This document shows, piece after piece, positions 1-8,782 of a stretch of DNA of 64,000 nt (its first letter is position 1; each line of letters starts with the position of its first letter). Under the pieces are notes generated by a model that saw only the letters and a list, made by a program, of their open reading frames with translations, made no database searches and was not told the DNA's origin. The position numbers and the translations under genes were made by a program. Source of the DNA: Nitrosopumilus sp. (GTDB taxonomy: Archaea; Thermoproteota; Nitrososphaeria; Nitrososphaerales; Nitrosopumilaceae); NCBI GenBank assembly GCA_965224195.1, contig OZ245040.1, positions 576,001 to 640,000 on the forward strand. The letters are read 5' to 3'.

Positions 1-15
1 TTCTATCAGATTTGG

Positions 16-549
16 CTAATTATGCAAGAGGTCTATTGACTCAATTCCCCATTTTTCGGGATTGTTGTGTTTAAACATTGAATCTGATTTTTTAAATTGT
101 ATATTGTCTATTGTGAGTGTAGAGTATGTTGTTTTTAACAAATGAACAACCCCGAATGTCCAAAATACGATTGCAGTTTTTGTGAAAATATTTGGAACGC
201 TAGGGTAACTAGCAAGAGAATATGGTTCGCCTCTTACAATTTCAATCAATATTAGAAATACTGATATCCATAAACATACCAGCGACACAAAAATATTTTC
301 TCGCTTATTTCGTAATGATTCTCTCTTTATAGCAATTGGAATTATTAATGAAAATAATGAATTGGCTATCACAAAAATTGTTAAAATTCTAGCAATTCCT
401 GCTTGATCTAAGGACGTGTTTGATAAATTTGGAATACTCCAATAAATCAACATTCCTGTTATTGTGAAGAGAATAAATGGAATAAACCAAGATTTGTATA
501 TTTTATAATGTATTATCTTTTTTGTAAATAATACTATTTCTTTTTTCAT
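16..549 (-). CDS. Hypothetical membrane protein (about 4 TM segments)
   Basis: 177-aa ORF with four hydrophobic stretches; no family recognised. Confidence 0.6.
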   Translation of the reverse strand: MKKEIVLFTKKIIHYKIYKSWFIPFILFTITGMLIYWSIPNLSNTSLDQAGIARILTIFVIANSLFSLIIPIAIKRESLRNKRENIFVSLVCLWISVFLILIEIVRGEPYSLASYPSVPNIFTKTAIVFWTFGVVHLLKTTYSTLTIDNIQFKKSDSMFKHNNPEKWGIESIDLLHN

Positions 550-584
550 AAGTTAACAATCTCATCTTTATTAATCATAATAAT

Positions 585-986
585 TTATCTACAAATTTTG
601 TTTAGTCTTTCTAACAATTCATTTTTTGACTTCACATGGAAATCTGAAAAATATAATGGCCAAGGAGTAGGAAGGGGATTTGGTGAAAAAAGTATTATTT
701 TTTTACCTGCTTTTTTAGCTACAAACGCCTCTATAGCAGTTCCAAAACTAGGAGTATCAACTAAAATTATAAGAATATCTGCTTTTTCTATAAATTCTAA
801 ATCATGCTCCACAATCTTTTTTGATAACTCTAATTCATTTCTAAAATCTTTGATATGTGAATAATCCATGTTTTGTGATTCTATATGGTTGATTGTGTCA
901 TACCCTTGATTTTTCAACCAATCATAAAATTCCTTTATTACATTAATCCCGCCAAATCCTATAGAACCACATACCATTATTTCCAT
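585..986 (-). CDS. Nucleoside 2-deoxyribosyltransferase-like protein
   Basis: IMVCGSI N-terminus, HDLEFIEKADILI and PSFGTAIE motifs typical of the NDT/Rcl fold. Confidence 0.7.
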   Translation of the reverse strand: MEIMVCGSIGFGGINVIKEFYDWLKNQGYDTINHIESQNMDYSHIKDFRNELELSKKIVEHDLEFIEKADILIILVDTPSFGTAIEAFVAKKAGKKIILFSPNPLPTPWPLYFSDFHVKSKNELLERLNKICR

Positions 987-1053
987 TTTAATTCTATTTG
1001 TTCATCCATAAAATATAGTTTAATGTGTTAACCAAATTCTATTTTCAAGAATT

Positions 1054-1980
1054 TCATAATTCATTCCTTGGATCTAAATTTAATTCAATTAATCGTTGAA
1101 TGCATTCATTACAAAACTTTTCAGCCTCTTTTTTTTCAAACATGATACTTTTTTCAGGATCATCACCATACGCCCAGTTATTCACTAATGATAAATGACA
1201 AAAAAAGCCCATGAAAAATGATGGTAATTGCTGCCAAAATTCTGGAATTTTTGTTATGTCCATAAATAATTCCATATTGATTAAATCATAAAAAACATAG
1301 GTAGAGTTTATCAAATTTGTTTCAATTTTTATTTTTGGAGGGGTGATATCATAAAATCCGGATAACAAAAGTGATGCATCGTGGTATTTTTTATTTTTTA
1401 TCAATTCGTAAACATTTACTAAAATTTTATCAGAAGGTTTTTGATAACCTGCATATTCTATTGTTCTACTTCTAAAATTCTCCAAAATTGGATTTTTTAC
1501 TTCTTTCCCTTCAAGGATATCTTCAACTCGTTCACTGTCATTTAGTCCTTGAATTGATTCTTCCACCATATCATCAATGTATATTGAAATCATGTCTGCA
1601 TAATTTTTCCAATTAATATTTCCTTCCGGTAGTAATAGTCTATCATACGCAATTATCAGATAATCCTTGGAAGGCGTCACCATATTGTTAATTTTGCTCT
1701 GAGTACCCTCTTCTCCTTTATTTGGAATTTCTCCCTCACTCATGTATTCTTGCATGTCATCTTTTACATACTCTACAATATCATTTACTTCTTTTTTTGA
1801 AAATTTTGTTCCATCTTGCTTCCAAATAATGATATATTTTGAATTAGGTAAAGAAAATTTGAACTCTATTGATTCCCACGTTCTACCACTTTGTAAATCA
1901 TCAGAAATATGGAAATCATATGGTTCTCCATCCTTATCTGCAAAACCAAAAATATATGATGAAGAATACTTTTTCAACAT
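1054..1980 (-). CDS. Hypothetical acidic protein
   Basis: 308-aa ORF; no recognisable motif. Confidence 0.6.
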   Translation of the reverse strand: MLKKYSSSYIFGFADKDGEPYDFHISDDLQSGRTWESIEFKFSLPNSKYIIIWKQDGTKFSKKEVNDIVEYVKDDMQEYMSEGEIPNKGEEGTQSKINNMVTPSKDYLIIAYDRLLLPEGNINWKNYADMISIYIDDMVEESIQGLNDSERVEDILEGKEVKNPILENFRSRTIEYAGYQKPSDKILVNVYELIKNKKYHDASLLLSGFYDITPPKIKIETNLINSTYVFYDLINMELFMDITKIPEFWQQLPSFFMGFFCHLSLVNNWAYGDDPEKSIMFEKKEAEKFCNECIQRLIELNLDPRNEL

Positions 1981-2022
1981 AATTATGAATTTGTTTCCAA
2001 TAATAAAAATTCCATTTTTAAT

Positions 2023-2292
2023 CTAATTTGAATCTGCAAATTCTTTGATTCGTTTTGCATAGTCAGTCAAATCGTTAAAAACACACTTGACTCCAAATAA
2101 TTCACATTGCTTCTTTAGCTTATCGTCATTTGTTAACACCACTAAATTTTCTTTATCTGCATACTTGGCCACTGTTGGATCATCGGATTTTAAGGGAGGA
2201 CAATTATCGTCACCTATTTTTCTATACTTGATATCCAAGGTGTCTAGATATCTTGCAAGTCCTAAGACATTTTCATCTATTAGGAATTCCAT
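2023..2292 (-). CDS. PIN-like protein (Mut7-C N-terminal / DUF5615-type)
   Basis: MEFLIDENVLGLARYL...SDD...A..ENLVVLTND.KL pattern; start moved to ATG at 2292. Confidence 0.7.
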   Translation of the reverse strand: MEFLIDENVLGLARYLDTLDIKYRKIGDDNCPPLKSDDPTVAKYADKENLVVLTNDDKLKKQCELFGVKCVFNDLTDYAKRIKEFADSN

Positions 2293-2375
2293 ATCTGACA
2301 AACAGTATTTCCTTATTGAATCATGGATTAAAGTTTTCCAAATCAGCGCAATGTACTCAATCATCTATTAAAATT

Positions 2376-3239
2376 TCATTCTAAAAGAATCGAATCATCT
2401 AATTCTCCAGATTCAAATTTATCTAACAGTCCTTCTGGCCATTCTGACTTGTCACCGTGTTTTTGGATTAATTTTTCCTCAATCTCATCCATTTTTTCAA
2501 CATCAGCCTCAATTTTTGCGCGCTTTTGTATGATTTGAAATAGTTCATTCGTTGTTACATAACCTCGCAGACCTGCAAATTTTTCTAAATTGTATGTTTG
2601 AGAAAGATCACCAGATAATGAACTGAGATAGTTCATTGTCATTTTAGTTTGTTTGCACAAAACCAATCCATCCCCAATCATTTTTGCTAAAAGATTTTCA
2701 GCATGATTTACATCACATTTTGTTTCCCGTATAAAATGAAACTTCAAATCATTTTCAGAATACAGTTCTTCAAGTCCCCCTGAAAAAATCAAACCTCTAA
2801 CCAATTCTTTAATTTCATTTTCATCAATATCATCAACTTTTACTGTTGGCTCTAGTGTTTTCATTCCACTTTGAATCATCTTAGAATAGTATTGCATCAA
2901 TTTATGGTCAATATCTGAGATGAACTTTTCAATTTTGAATTTTTCATCCAAGCTTGCATCATCTAAAAATTCCAAGAGCCTGTCTCGCTGCATTTCCATT
3001 CTCTGAATCTGTTTTGTCATCTTTGCAGGAATATTTTGAGCATTAAATTCATGTGCAAGCTGAGAATGCCAATATGCAATGTCACCATTTATGGTATTAC
3101 GATTTACATCAAGTAATTCTGAAATTTTGACCGCAGATCTGTTTTCTTCAAAATGTAAATGATAAACTTGAATTCTTCTTTCCTCTTGCTCTTTTACTGT
3201 ATACCTTCCACCTTTCTTAATCGGCTTAACTAATGCCAT
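2376..3239 (-). CDS. Hypothetical protein with N-terminal HTH and coiled coil
   Basis: SAVKISELLDVNRNTINGDI is HTH-like, followed by a coiled-coil region. Confidence 0.6.
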   Translation of the reverse strand: MALVKPIKKGGRYTVKEQEERRIQVYHLHFEENRSAVKISELLDVNRNTINGDIAYWHSQLAHEFNAQNIPAKMTKQIQRMEMQRDRLLEFLDDASLDEKFKIEKFISDIDHKLMQYYSKMIQSGMKTLEPTVKVDDIDENEIKELVRGLIFSGGLEELYSENDLKFHFIRETKCDVNHAENLLAKMIGDGLVLCKQTKMTMNYLSSLSGDLSQTYNLEKFAGLRGYVTTNELFQIIQKRAKIEADVEKMDEIEEKLIQKHGDKSEWPEGLLDKFESGELDDSILLE

Positions 3240-3468
3240 AATTCTATTACGTAATTATCTTTCTTCAAATGGATCATGAGTAAACAGCTGACCTCAGGTC
3301 AATACTGAATCAATCCATTTTCAAAAAGTTGCATAGTTCTGCATAGTTACAATCACAACTGCAAAAAATTACAATACACATTACATTTAGAATTTAAAAA
3401 AAATGAAAAAAAGAATATTTGAAAATAATCAAGTTTAAAATTAATCAAACGAAACTAGTCTAAATCTT

Positions 3469-3600
3469 CTACTTTTGTTGTTTTTTCTGGTAACATTCTT
3501 TACAAAATACGTCTCTGTCTGCTGCTGGCTCAAAAGGAACTTCAGTTTCTTTTTTGCATTCAGAACAGGTACATTTGTACATTTTTCTGTCTTCTGACAT
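3469..3600 (-). CDS. CxxC-x17-CxxC domain small protein (43 aa, below the ORF-track cutoff)
   Basis: Hand translation MSEDRKMYKCTCSECKKETEVPFEPAADRDVFCKECYQKKQQK; CSEC-x17-CKEC spacing is exact, with the VPF.P signature. Confidence 0.85.
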   Translation of the reverse strand: MSEDRKMYKCTCSECKKETEVPFEPAADRDVFCKECYQKKQQK

Positions 3601-3692
3601 GACTCACAAGAAGCTTGGTCCTATAATAACAAGCGTATTTACGATTTAGAGTTTAGATTTTTTCCAACAATTGCAAATTCCAATTATCAAGG

Positions 3693-4019
3693 CTATTTTT
3701 TAAATTGTTTTTCTAAAAAATGAAAAAATGATTTACCCTCAAACTCTACATAATCATCTATGGTCTGTGTTTTAAAATTAGTTAGAAAACTATCATACAC
3801 AATTGCTTGTTCATGCTTTAATGGAGTAGGACAAAAACACATCTCAGACCACTCTATTGTTTTTGGTGCAGTTATTTTTGCACGTTTCATAGAACTAACT
3901 ATCTCCGGACCATCTGGTTTCTGATTACTAATTGTACCATCAGTTAATTTTTGATAAAATTCACCTAATTTTTCTTCAATAAACTGCGCCTTTACGGAAT
4001 AAAACACCATTATTACCAA
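3693..4019 (-). CDS. Hypothetical protein
   Basis: 108-aa ORF containing WSEMCFCPTPLKHE; true start may be a downstream ATG. Confidence 0.6.
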   Translation of the reverse strand: MVIMVFYSVKAQFIEEKLGEFYQKLTDGTISNQKPDGPEIVSSMKRAKITAPKTIEWSEMCFCPTPLKHEQAIVYDSFLTNFKTQTIDDYVEFEGKSFFHFLEKQFKK

Positions 4020-4131
4020 ATTATCCCATCATTAGATAAATTCTTGGCTATTTGCAAATCTCCAAATTTCAATAAAACAAATACGTACAATTACTACGAA
4101 AGATCTTTAAAGTAAAAACCAAACTTTCATC

Positions 4132-4236
4132 ATGCTTGATTTTAGAAAATATCTAAACTGCCCTGATTGTAAAAATTCCCCGCCCTACTGCACTACACAT
4201 AGAAAGGAAGTAAAGGCAATACTTGCAGAAGAATAA
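4132..4236 (+). CDS. Small putative Zn-binding protein (34 aa)
   Basis: Hand translation MLDFRKYLNCPDCKNSPPYCTTHRKEVKAILAEE (CxxC-x6-CxxH); TTTAAA box about 25 nt upstream. Confidence 0.55.
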   Translation: MLDFRKYLNCPDCKNSPPYCTTHRKEVKAILAEE

Positions 4237-4285
4237 TTTCTAAGAATTGTGAAAGTTTTAATCAACGACTATAATCATATGATAT

Positions 4286-4435
4286 ATGGCAGATCTCAAA
4301 ACATATGAAAAAATAAATGAAGAGATTAAATTCACCGAAGAGGAAACAGTAGAACTGTTAAAGCTAAGTGAAAAGGAAATCCTAGTTTTGATTCTATCTG
4401 AATTAAAAAAGATAACAGCAAATACTGAAAAATAA
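4286..4435 (+). CDS. Small hypothetical protein (49 aa)
   Basis: Hand translation MADLKTYEKINEEIKFTEEETVELLKLSEKEILVLILSELKKITANTEK; amphipathic helix pattern. Confidence 0.5.
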   Translation: MADLKTYEKINEEIKFTEEETVELLKLSEKEILVLILSELKKITANTEK

Positions 4436-4466
4436 CACAAAAGTTTAGAATTTCTTTATTTTTAAA

Positions 4467-4505
4467 TGTGGACTGAATAGGTCTTCGACTCCTATCTAGC
4501 CCACA
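4467..4505. other. Hairpin resembling a tRNA T-arm plus acceptor 3' strand; possible terminator or att remnant
   Basis: TGTGGACTGAATAGG-TCTTCGACT-CCTATCTAGCCCACA lies between convergent ORFs and is flanked by T/A tracts. Confidence 0.4.
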
Positions 4506-4556
4506 AAAAACAGCATTTCTAAAGGGATAAAAATCATTTGAAGAATTTAAAATCCA

Positions 4557-4745
4557 TTAATTATCATAACCAACAGTTCTCATACCCACACAAGGCTTGT
4601 TTCCTTTGCTCCAACATTTACAAGAACAAGAAACAGCTTTTCCACTTTTCAAATCTTTAACGACTTTATGAAAAACTCCCTCTCTAATTTTTGATTCAAT
4701 AGATATTGTTTCATATCTATCAGGTTCTTTATCGGGCCCACTCAT
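4557..4745 (-). CDS. Small Cys-rich protein (SWIM-like CxC...C)
   Basis: VSCSCKCWSKGNKPC; start overlaps the stop of the upstream gene (ATGA). Confidence 0.5.
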   Translation of the reverse strand: MSGPDKEPDRYETISIESKIREGVFHKVVKDLKSGKAVSCSCKCWSKGNKPCVGMRTVGYDN

Positions 4746-6286
4746 TTTCTAATCCTCATTATTGCAAGTACTGGAATTCCAACATACATCATTGCATTAA
4801 GTACAATCAAACTAATCCCATATCCCAACACTGAACTTTCAGAATCCATATTAACATAATTCAAAATCGACAGACTAGAAATCATTGGAGTAATTGCAAT
4901 CTTTACCATCTCACGGAATACTGGATTTTCTCTTTCATAGTCTGCAATTACAGGAGAAAAAGAATAGTAGAAATCATTGAATGCCCCCATGAAACTAGTA
5001 CCTGATTCAGTTTGAAGTAAGGAATTATCTCGAATTTCTCTAAGTAATTGTACTTGTGGTGCCAACTCTGAACCATATGTTGCAGTTGCGATTAAACAAC
5101 CTCCACCTTCAGAATCGACAGGGTCAACTGTATTTGCAGGTAATATTCTGAAAATGGCACTCTCACTTAGTGACACCACATAAAGAAATCCATCCGGACC
5201 TCTTTCTATATCAGTGACACATCCAAATCCAGTTCCTATTACAATCTCATCCATTGTTTCATTTTTGTTTACCATATTATCTTGAAGAAAATCACTAGAA
5301 AATTCAAATCCATCTCTATCTTCATTTAATTCAAATTTGTAAAGATTTCCAGTATTACAATCCCCTACAAAAAGAGAATTATCATATTCATCAATTTCAT
5401 GGAATTGAGCAAAATCCAACCCTGTTGGTGCCACAACTTTTTCCCAAGTAAATTCTGGATCATCATACACATAATCCTGATACCCAGGAAGTTCTTCCAG
5501 TTCTGTCTCTGTTGCAGGACCCATGATTACAATCCATCCACTATTAAATTTCTCAAAAACTAAATTGATTTCATCAAAATCATCATCCCCATTTTCAGTT
5601 GCCCATAAATTCCCAGTTACAGGATCAATTGCTAGTCCAAAACTATTTCGAATACCCATAGCAAAATACGGTTTTTCAGTTTCTAGTTCTAGAATTACAC
5701 CATTATCTTTGAAATCAATCTCAGAATCATCCAACCACTCTATGGGCTTGTTTTGTAAAAGTGCATATCGTAAAGTATCACCAATCACTGCATACACTTG
5801 ATCATCCAATCCTGCAACCATCGCCCCTCCATTATGAGAAATATTTGAAGGAAGTTCTTCAAGAAGTATTGGATTGATTAATTTTTCTCCATTCCAAGTA
5901 TACTTGTAAATTCTATTGCCTAATGTATCGCCTCCATCTTTTTCAGATTCTGTAAAGTAAAGATAAACAAAAGACCCAACACTAGTAATTCCAAGCATCC
6001 CTTTCTCACCCTTAGAATTTACATTTACATCAAGTACAGGCTTTGTTTGTAGTGTTCCATTTTGAATTAAACGAACTTGTCCATCACTTTTTTGTAAAAA
6101 TAAAATATCATCTCCAACAAAAGTCATTGTAGTTATCATACAACACAAATCTGATACATACTCTTCAACAACCAAATCTTTTACATTCAATGTTGGTTCA
6201 TCAAAAACTCCTGCAAAAGCATATGGAATAATATTTACAAAAATAAATCCAATTAAGAATATAGGAATTATCACTAAGAATTTCAT
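4742..6286 (-). CDS. PQQ-dependent sugar dehydrogenase (GSDH family) with CFI-box-CTERM domain
   Basis: Signal peptide; GEKGMLGI, HNGG, GIRNSFGLA, ENG..DEIN and GPDG.LYV motifs; C-terminal GGGCLIATATYGSELAPQVQ plus TM. Confidence 0.9.
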   Translation of the reverse strand: MKFLVIIPIFLIGFIFVNIIPYAFAGVFDEPTLNVKDLVVEEYVSDLCCMITTMTFVGDDILFLQKSDGQVRLIQNGTLQTKPVLDVNVNSKGEKGMLGITSVGSFVYLYFTESEKDGGDTLGNRIYKYTWNGEKLINPILLEELPSNISHNGGAMVAGLDDQVYAVIGDTLRYALLQNKPIEWLDDSEIDFKDNGVILELETEKPYFAMGIRNSFGLAIDPVTGNLWATENGDDDFDEINLVFEKFNSGWIVIMGPATETELEELPGYQDYVYDDPEFTWEKVVAPTGLDFAQFHEIDEYDNSLFVGDCNTGNLYKFELNEDRDGFEFSSDFLQDNMVNKNETMDEIVIGTGFGCVTDIERGPDGFLYVVSLSESAIFRILPANTVDPVDSEGGGCLIATATYGSELAPQVQLLREIRDNSLLQTESGTSFMGAFNDFYYSFSPVIADYERENPVFREMVKIAITPMISSLSILNYVNMDSESSVLGYGISLIVLNAMMYVGIPVLAIMRIRK

Positions 6287-6532
6287 TTAACTCAAATCCT
6301 TGTTTTTTTCATTGTATTTTGACACTTCATCCAGTGGAATAGTAATTGTTCTATCAGATCCTTTGCAATAATTTTTTCCTTTGAAATGCTTGTGGATTTT
6401 AACTTTAGCCATCACGACACTATCTATTCCATAGGCTCCCTGATGATCTGAAGTTTCTTGACTAACAATATGACAATTTTGAGAAACAGTACACCATTTA
6501 CAGATAATTTTCATTTTTTTATCATTAGTCAT
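6287..6532 (-). CDS. Hypothetical protein, possible Zn-binding
   Basis: CKWC...H...C motif; abuts the GSDH start. Confidence 0.55.
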   Translation of the reverse strand: MTNDKKMKIICKWCTVSQNCHIVSQETSDHQGAYGIDSVVMAKVKIHKHFKGKNYCKGSDRTITIPLDEVSKYNEKNKDLS

Positions 6533-6597
6533 AGAAGTTTCTACAAGAATTAGAAACTTGAACGTATTATCTATTGTTAAAAGAATTTAGAATAAAA

Positions 6598-6813
6598 TTA
6601 TTTTTTATCTTTATTCAAAATATCAATAACTTCTGTATTACTTTTAATCCAAGTTTTAAGATATGCATAGAATAGATTTTCTAAATCATCTACTAGTCCT
6701 TCAAGACGTGGATCAGAGCGAATATCAGCTAGTTGCTCATCAAGATTATCTAAAAATACTTTTAATCCTTGGTTAGATACTTCTAGCTTCTTGATTGCCT
6801 CTTCTGCACCCAT
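6598..6813 (-). CDS. Hypothetical helical protein
   Basis: 71-aa ORF with typical host codon pattern. Confidence 0.6.
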   Translation of the reverse strand: MGAEEAIKKLEVSNQGLKVFLDNLDEQLADIRSDPRLEGLVDDLENLFYAYLKTWIKSNTEVIDILNKDKK

Positions 6814-6869
6814 AGAATATCTAAATTGGATCTAGATAATAAACTCACATCATTACAAAATGTTACACT

Positions 6870-7472
6870 TTAGAAATGGTTCTCAAAAAATACATCATCT
6901 AAGGCTAATTGCCTACCACGTTGTGCTGCATCCTCTGCTCTTTTACCAACTACTACCATCATGACAATCATGTGGTCTTTTGGTAATTGGATAATTTTCG
7001 CTAATTCATCATACTCAAAACCTACCATCGGACAAGAATCAAGACCCATCTGACGTGCTGCAAGCATTATAGTTTGAGCTGCAAATCCGCAAGAGCGCAT
7101 TGCCTCATCGCGTCTGTTCTCAGGACTGTTCTCATATTTTCGAGCAAGAGCATTTTTCACCAGTTCTTGTTTTTCTAGAGTATTATTTCTCCAGTAACGT
7201 AATGGTTCTTCTTTCCATGCATTTAGATTTCCACAAAGAACAATTACCAAGGAACCATCTTTTGGTTGGGCCTGATCACGGGCAGCCTTTGAAATTTTAT
7301 CTTTTACCATCTGATCAGTGACATAGACGAATCTCCAGTTTTGTTGGTTGTAGCTTGTAGGTGATAGTATCGTCAACTCTTGATGTGCTTTAACATCTTC
7401 AGGTGACATTTTGTATGTGCTGTCAAATTTTTTTATTGCACGTCTAGTCTTTATGGCATCAAAGGTATCCAT
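6870..7472 (-). CDS. Nitroreductase family protein
   Basis: AIKTRRAIKKF, SPTSYNQQNWRF and MLAARQMGLDSCPMVGF motifs; start set at ATG 7472 with TTAAAT about 26 nt upstream. Confidence 0.9.
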   Translation of the reverse strand: MDTFDAIKTRRAIKKFDSTYKMSPEDVKAHQELTILSPTSYNQQNWRFVYVTDQMVKDKISKAARDQAQPKDGSLVIVLCGNLNAWKEEPLRYWRNNTLEKQELVKNALARKYENSPENRRDEAMRSCGFAAQTIMLAARQMGLDSCPMVGFEYDELAKIIQLPKDHMIVMMVVVGKRAEDAAQRGRQLALDDVFFENHF

Positions 7473-7508
7473 AGAATAACGGGAAAAAATTCCCAAATTT
7501 AATTGAAT

Positions 7509-7652
7509 GAAAAGGTAACTGAGCTTAAGATCAGTACCTAAACAGCACTGATGACAGCTCACCACTTTAGATCAGTAACTAGAGTTATCTGATGAAAGCG
7601 ACTTGTCTTAAGATCTGAAACCATTGTACTCAGACGAGAGACTCACCTTTTC
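7509..7652 (-). ncRNA. Candidate structured ncRNA: closing stem plus three homologous hairpins
   Basis: GAAAAGGUGA/UUACCUUUUC terminal stem; three hairpins share an RUCWG/CWGAU helix and a UC/CU(U)A internal loop; plus-strand A-C mismatches become G-U pairs on the minus strand; TTAAATAA box at 7681-7674. Confidence 0.7.
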
Positions 7653-7673
7653 TGAATATACTATGTGATTTTG

Positions 7674-7681
7674 TTATTTAA
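7674..7681 (-). promoter_or_regulatory. TATA-like box upstream of the candidate ncRNA
   Basis: TTAAATAA on the minus strand, ending about 21 nt before the 5' end of the terminal stem. Confidence 0.5.
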
Positions 7682-7768
7682 CCCGCACTATCTTTTCCTA
7701 CTATTGAGAATTTATACGAACAAATTCAGATAGTCTATTTATTACACCTCAAATTCATTGAAATCATC

Positions 7769-8782
7769 TTGAAGATAGCAGTAATGGGAATGGGAGTAGC
7801 AGGCTCTTATCTTATGGCCAGATTAAAGGACACAGAACATGAAGTTGTCGGATATGAAAGAATGGTTGAAGAAAGACATGATTCCATTTGTGCATGGGGG
7901 ACAATAAAATCAGAATTAGCAGGATTTTGTAAAAAAACTGGAAGAGATTTTAATGATTTTCTAATTCATGATGGTAAAAAAATGCATGTCAGAATGAGCA
8001 ATGATGTCAAATTCGACATCGGACTCAAAGGATTATGTACATATAACAAATTAGGATTAATCAAAGATTTCATCAAAGATTGTAATGTAATTTACGGTAA
8101 AGCACCAAAGTTAGAAGAATTAGAAAAAGAGTATGACATGATAGTTGATTGTACAGGATTTCACAGAGTATACTTGCCAAAATTAAAAGAAGATTTCTTT
8201 TTGCCAACATATGAGTACAAAGTAGAATATCCAGACAAGGTTCCATATGATGACTTTTACATTGAACCATTTCCTGGAATGTCAGGTTACTTTTGGTATT
8301 TCCCACTAGGTGAAAAATGGGCACATATTGGAGCTGGAGATTACAATAAACAACACATGAAAGCAACAAATGACTTTTTAAAAAAACATGGAGGTAAAGT
8401 TCTTCAAACAAAGGGACGCCCAATTAGATTGGCAACACCTGACAGATGCAAGCCGTATTATTCAGGGAAAGTAGTCGGAGTTGGAGAATCAATTGGAACT
8501 GTTTATGCATTGTTAGGTGAAGGAATTATTCCATCAATGGAATGTGTTGAGATATTTTTAGAAAACATGCAGGATTTCAAAGCGTATGAGAAAGCAGTAG
8601 AAAAACATTACAAAGTATATGCCAAAGTGTTTAATTTCGTACATGCAAAGATTCAGAAAAATTTTAGTTTCCTCAAAGCATTACCAGATTTTATTGCAAT
8701 ATTCCTTTACATGAAAAAGCATGAAGACAGATTTGGAATGAATATCAAAATTGCAGATTTGATGAAAGTTGCAAAAGCTTAA
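7769..8782 (+). CDS. FAD-dependent oxidoreductase, geranylgeranyl reductase-like
   Basis: GMGVAG Rossmann motif, CAWG, GYFWYFP, and VGESIG..YALLGEGI. Confidence 0.8.
   Translation: MKIAVMGMGVAGSYLMARLKDTEHEVVGYERMVEERHDSICAWGTIKSELAGFCKKTGRDFNDFLIHDGKKMHVRMSNDVKFDIGLKGLCTYNKLGLIKDFIKDCNVIYGKAPKLEELEKEYDMIVDCTGFHRVYLPKLKEDFFLPTYEYKVEYPDKVPYDDFYIEPFPGMSGYFWYFPLGEKWAHIGAGDYNKQHMKATNDFLKKHGGKVLQTKGRPIRLATPDRCKPYYSGKVVGVGESIGTVYALLGEGIIPSMECVEIFLENMQDFKAYEKAVEKHYKVYAKVFNFVHAKIQKNFSFLKALPDFIAIFLYMKKHEDRFGMNIKIADLMKVAKA

Noticed and set aside
7473-7565. 31-aa N-terminal extension of the nitroreductase in the ORF track
   Set aside because: Family similarity starts at MDTFDAIK (7472), which has its own TATA-like box; the extension merely runs into the structured element.
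7548-7630. Hammerhead ribozyme suggested by plus-strand CTGATGA (twice) and GAAA
   Set aside because: Stems I and II cannot be formed around the core, and the G-U pair bias shows the structured RNA is on the minus strand.
7509-7652. C/D-box or H/ACA guide RNA, or mini-CRISPR, as the identity of the element
   Set aside because: On the favoured strand there is no RUGAUGA C box, no K-turn G-A tandem and no ACA after each hairpin. The repeats are internal helices without unique 30-40 nt spacers, and no cas genes are present.
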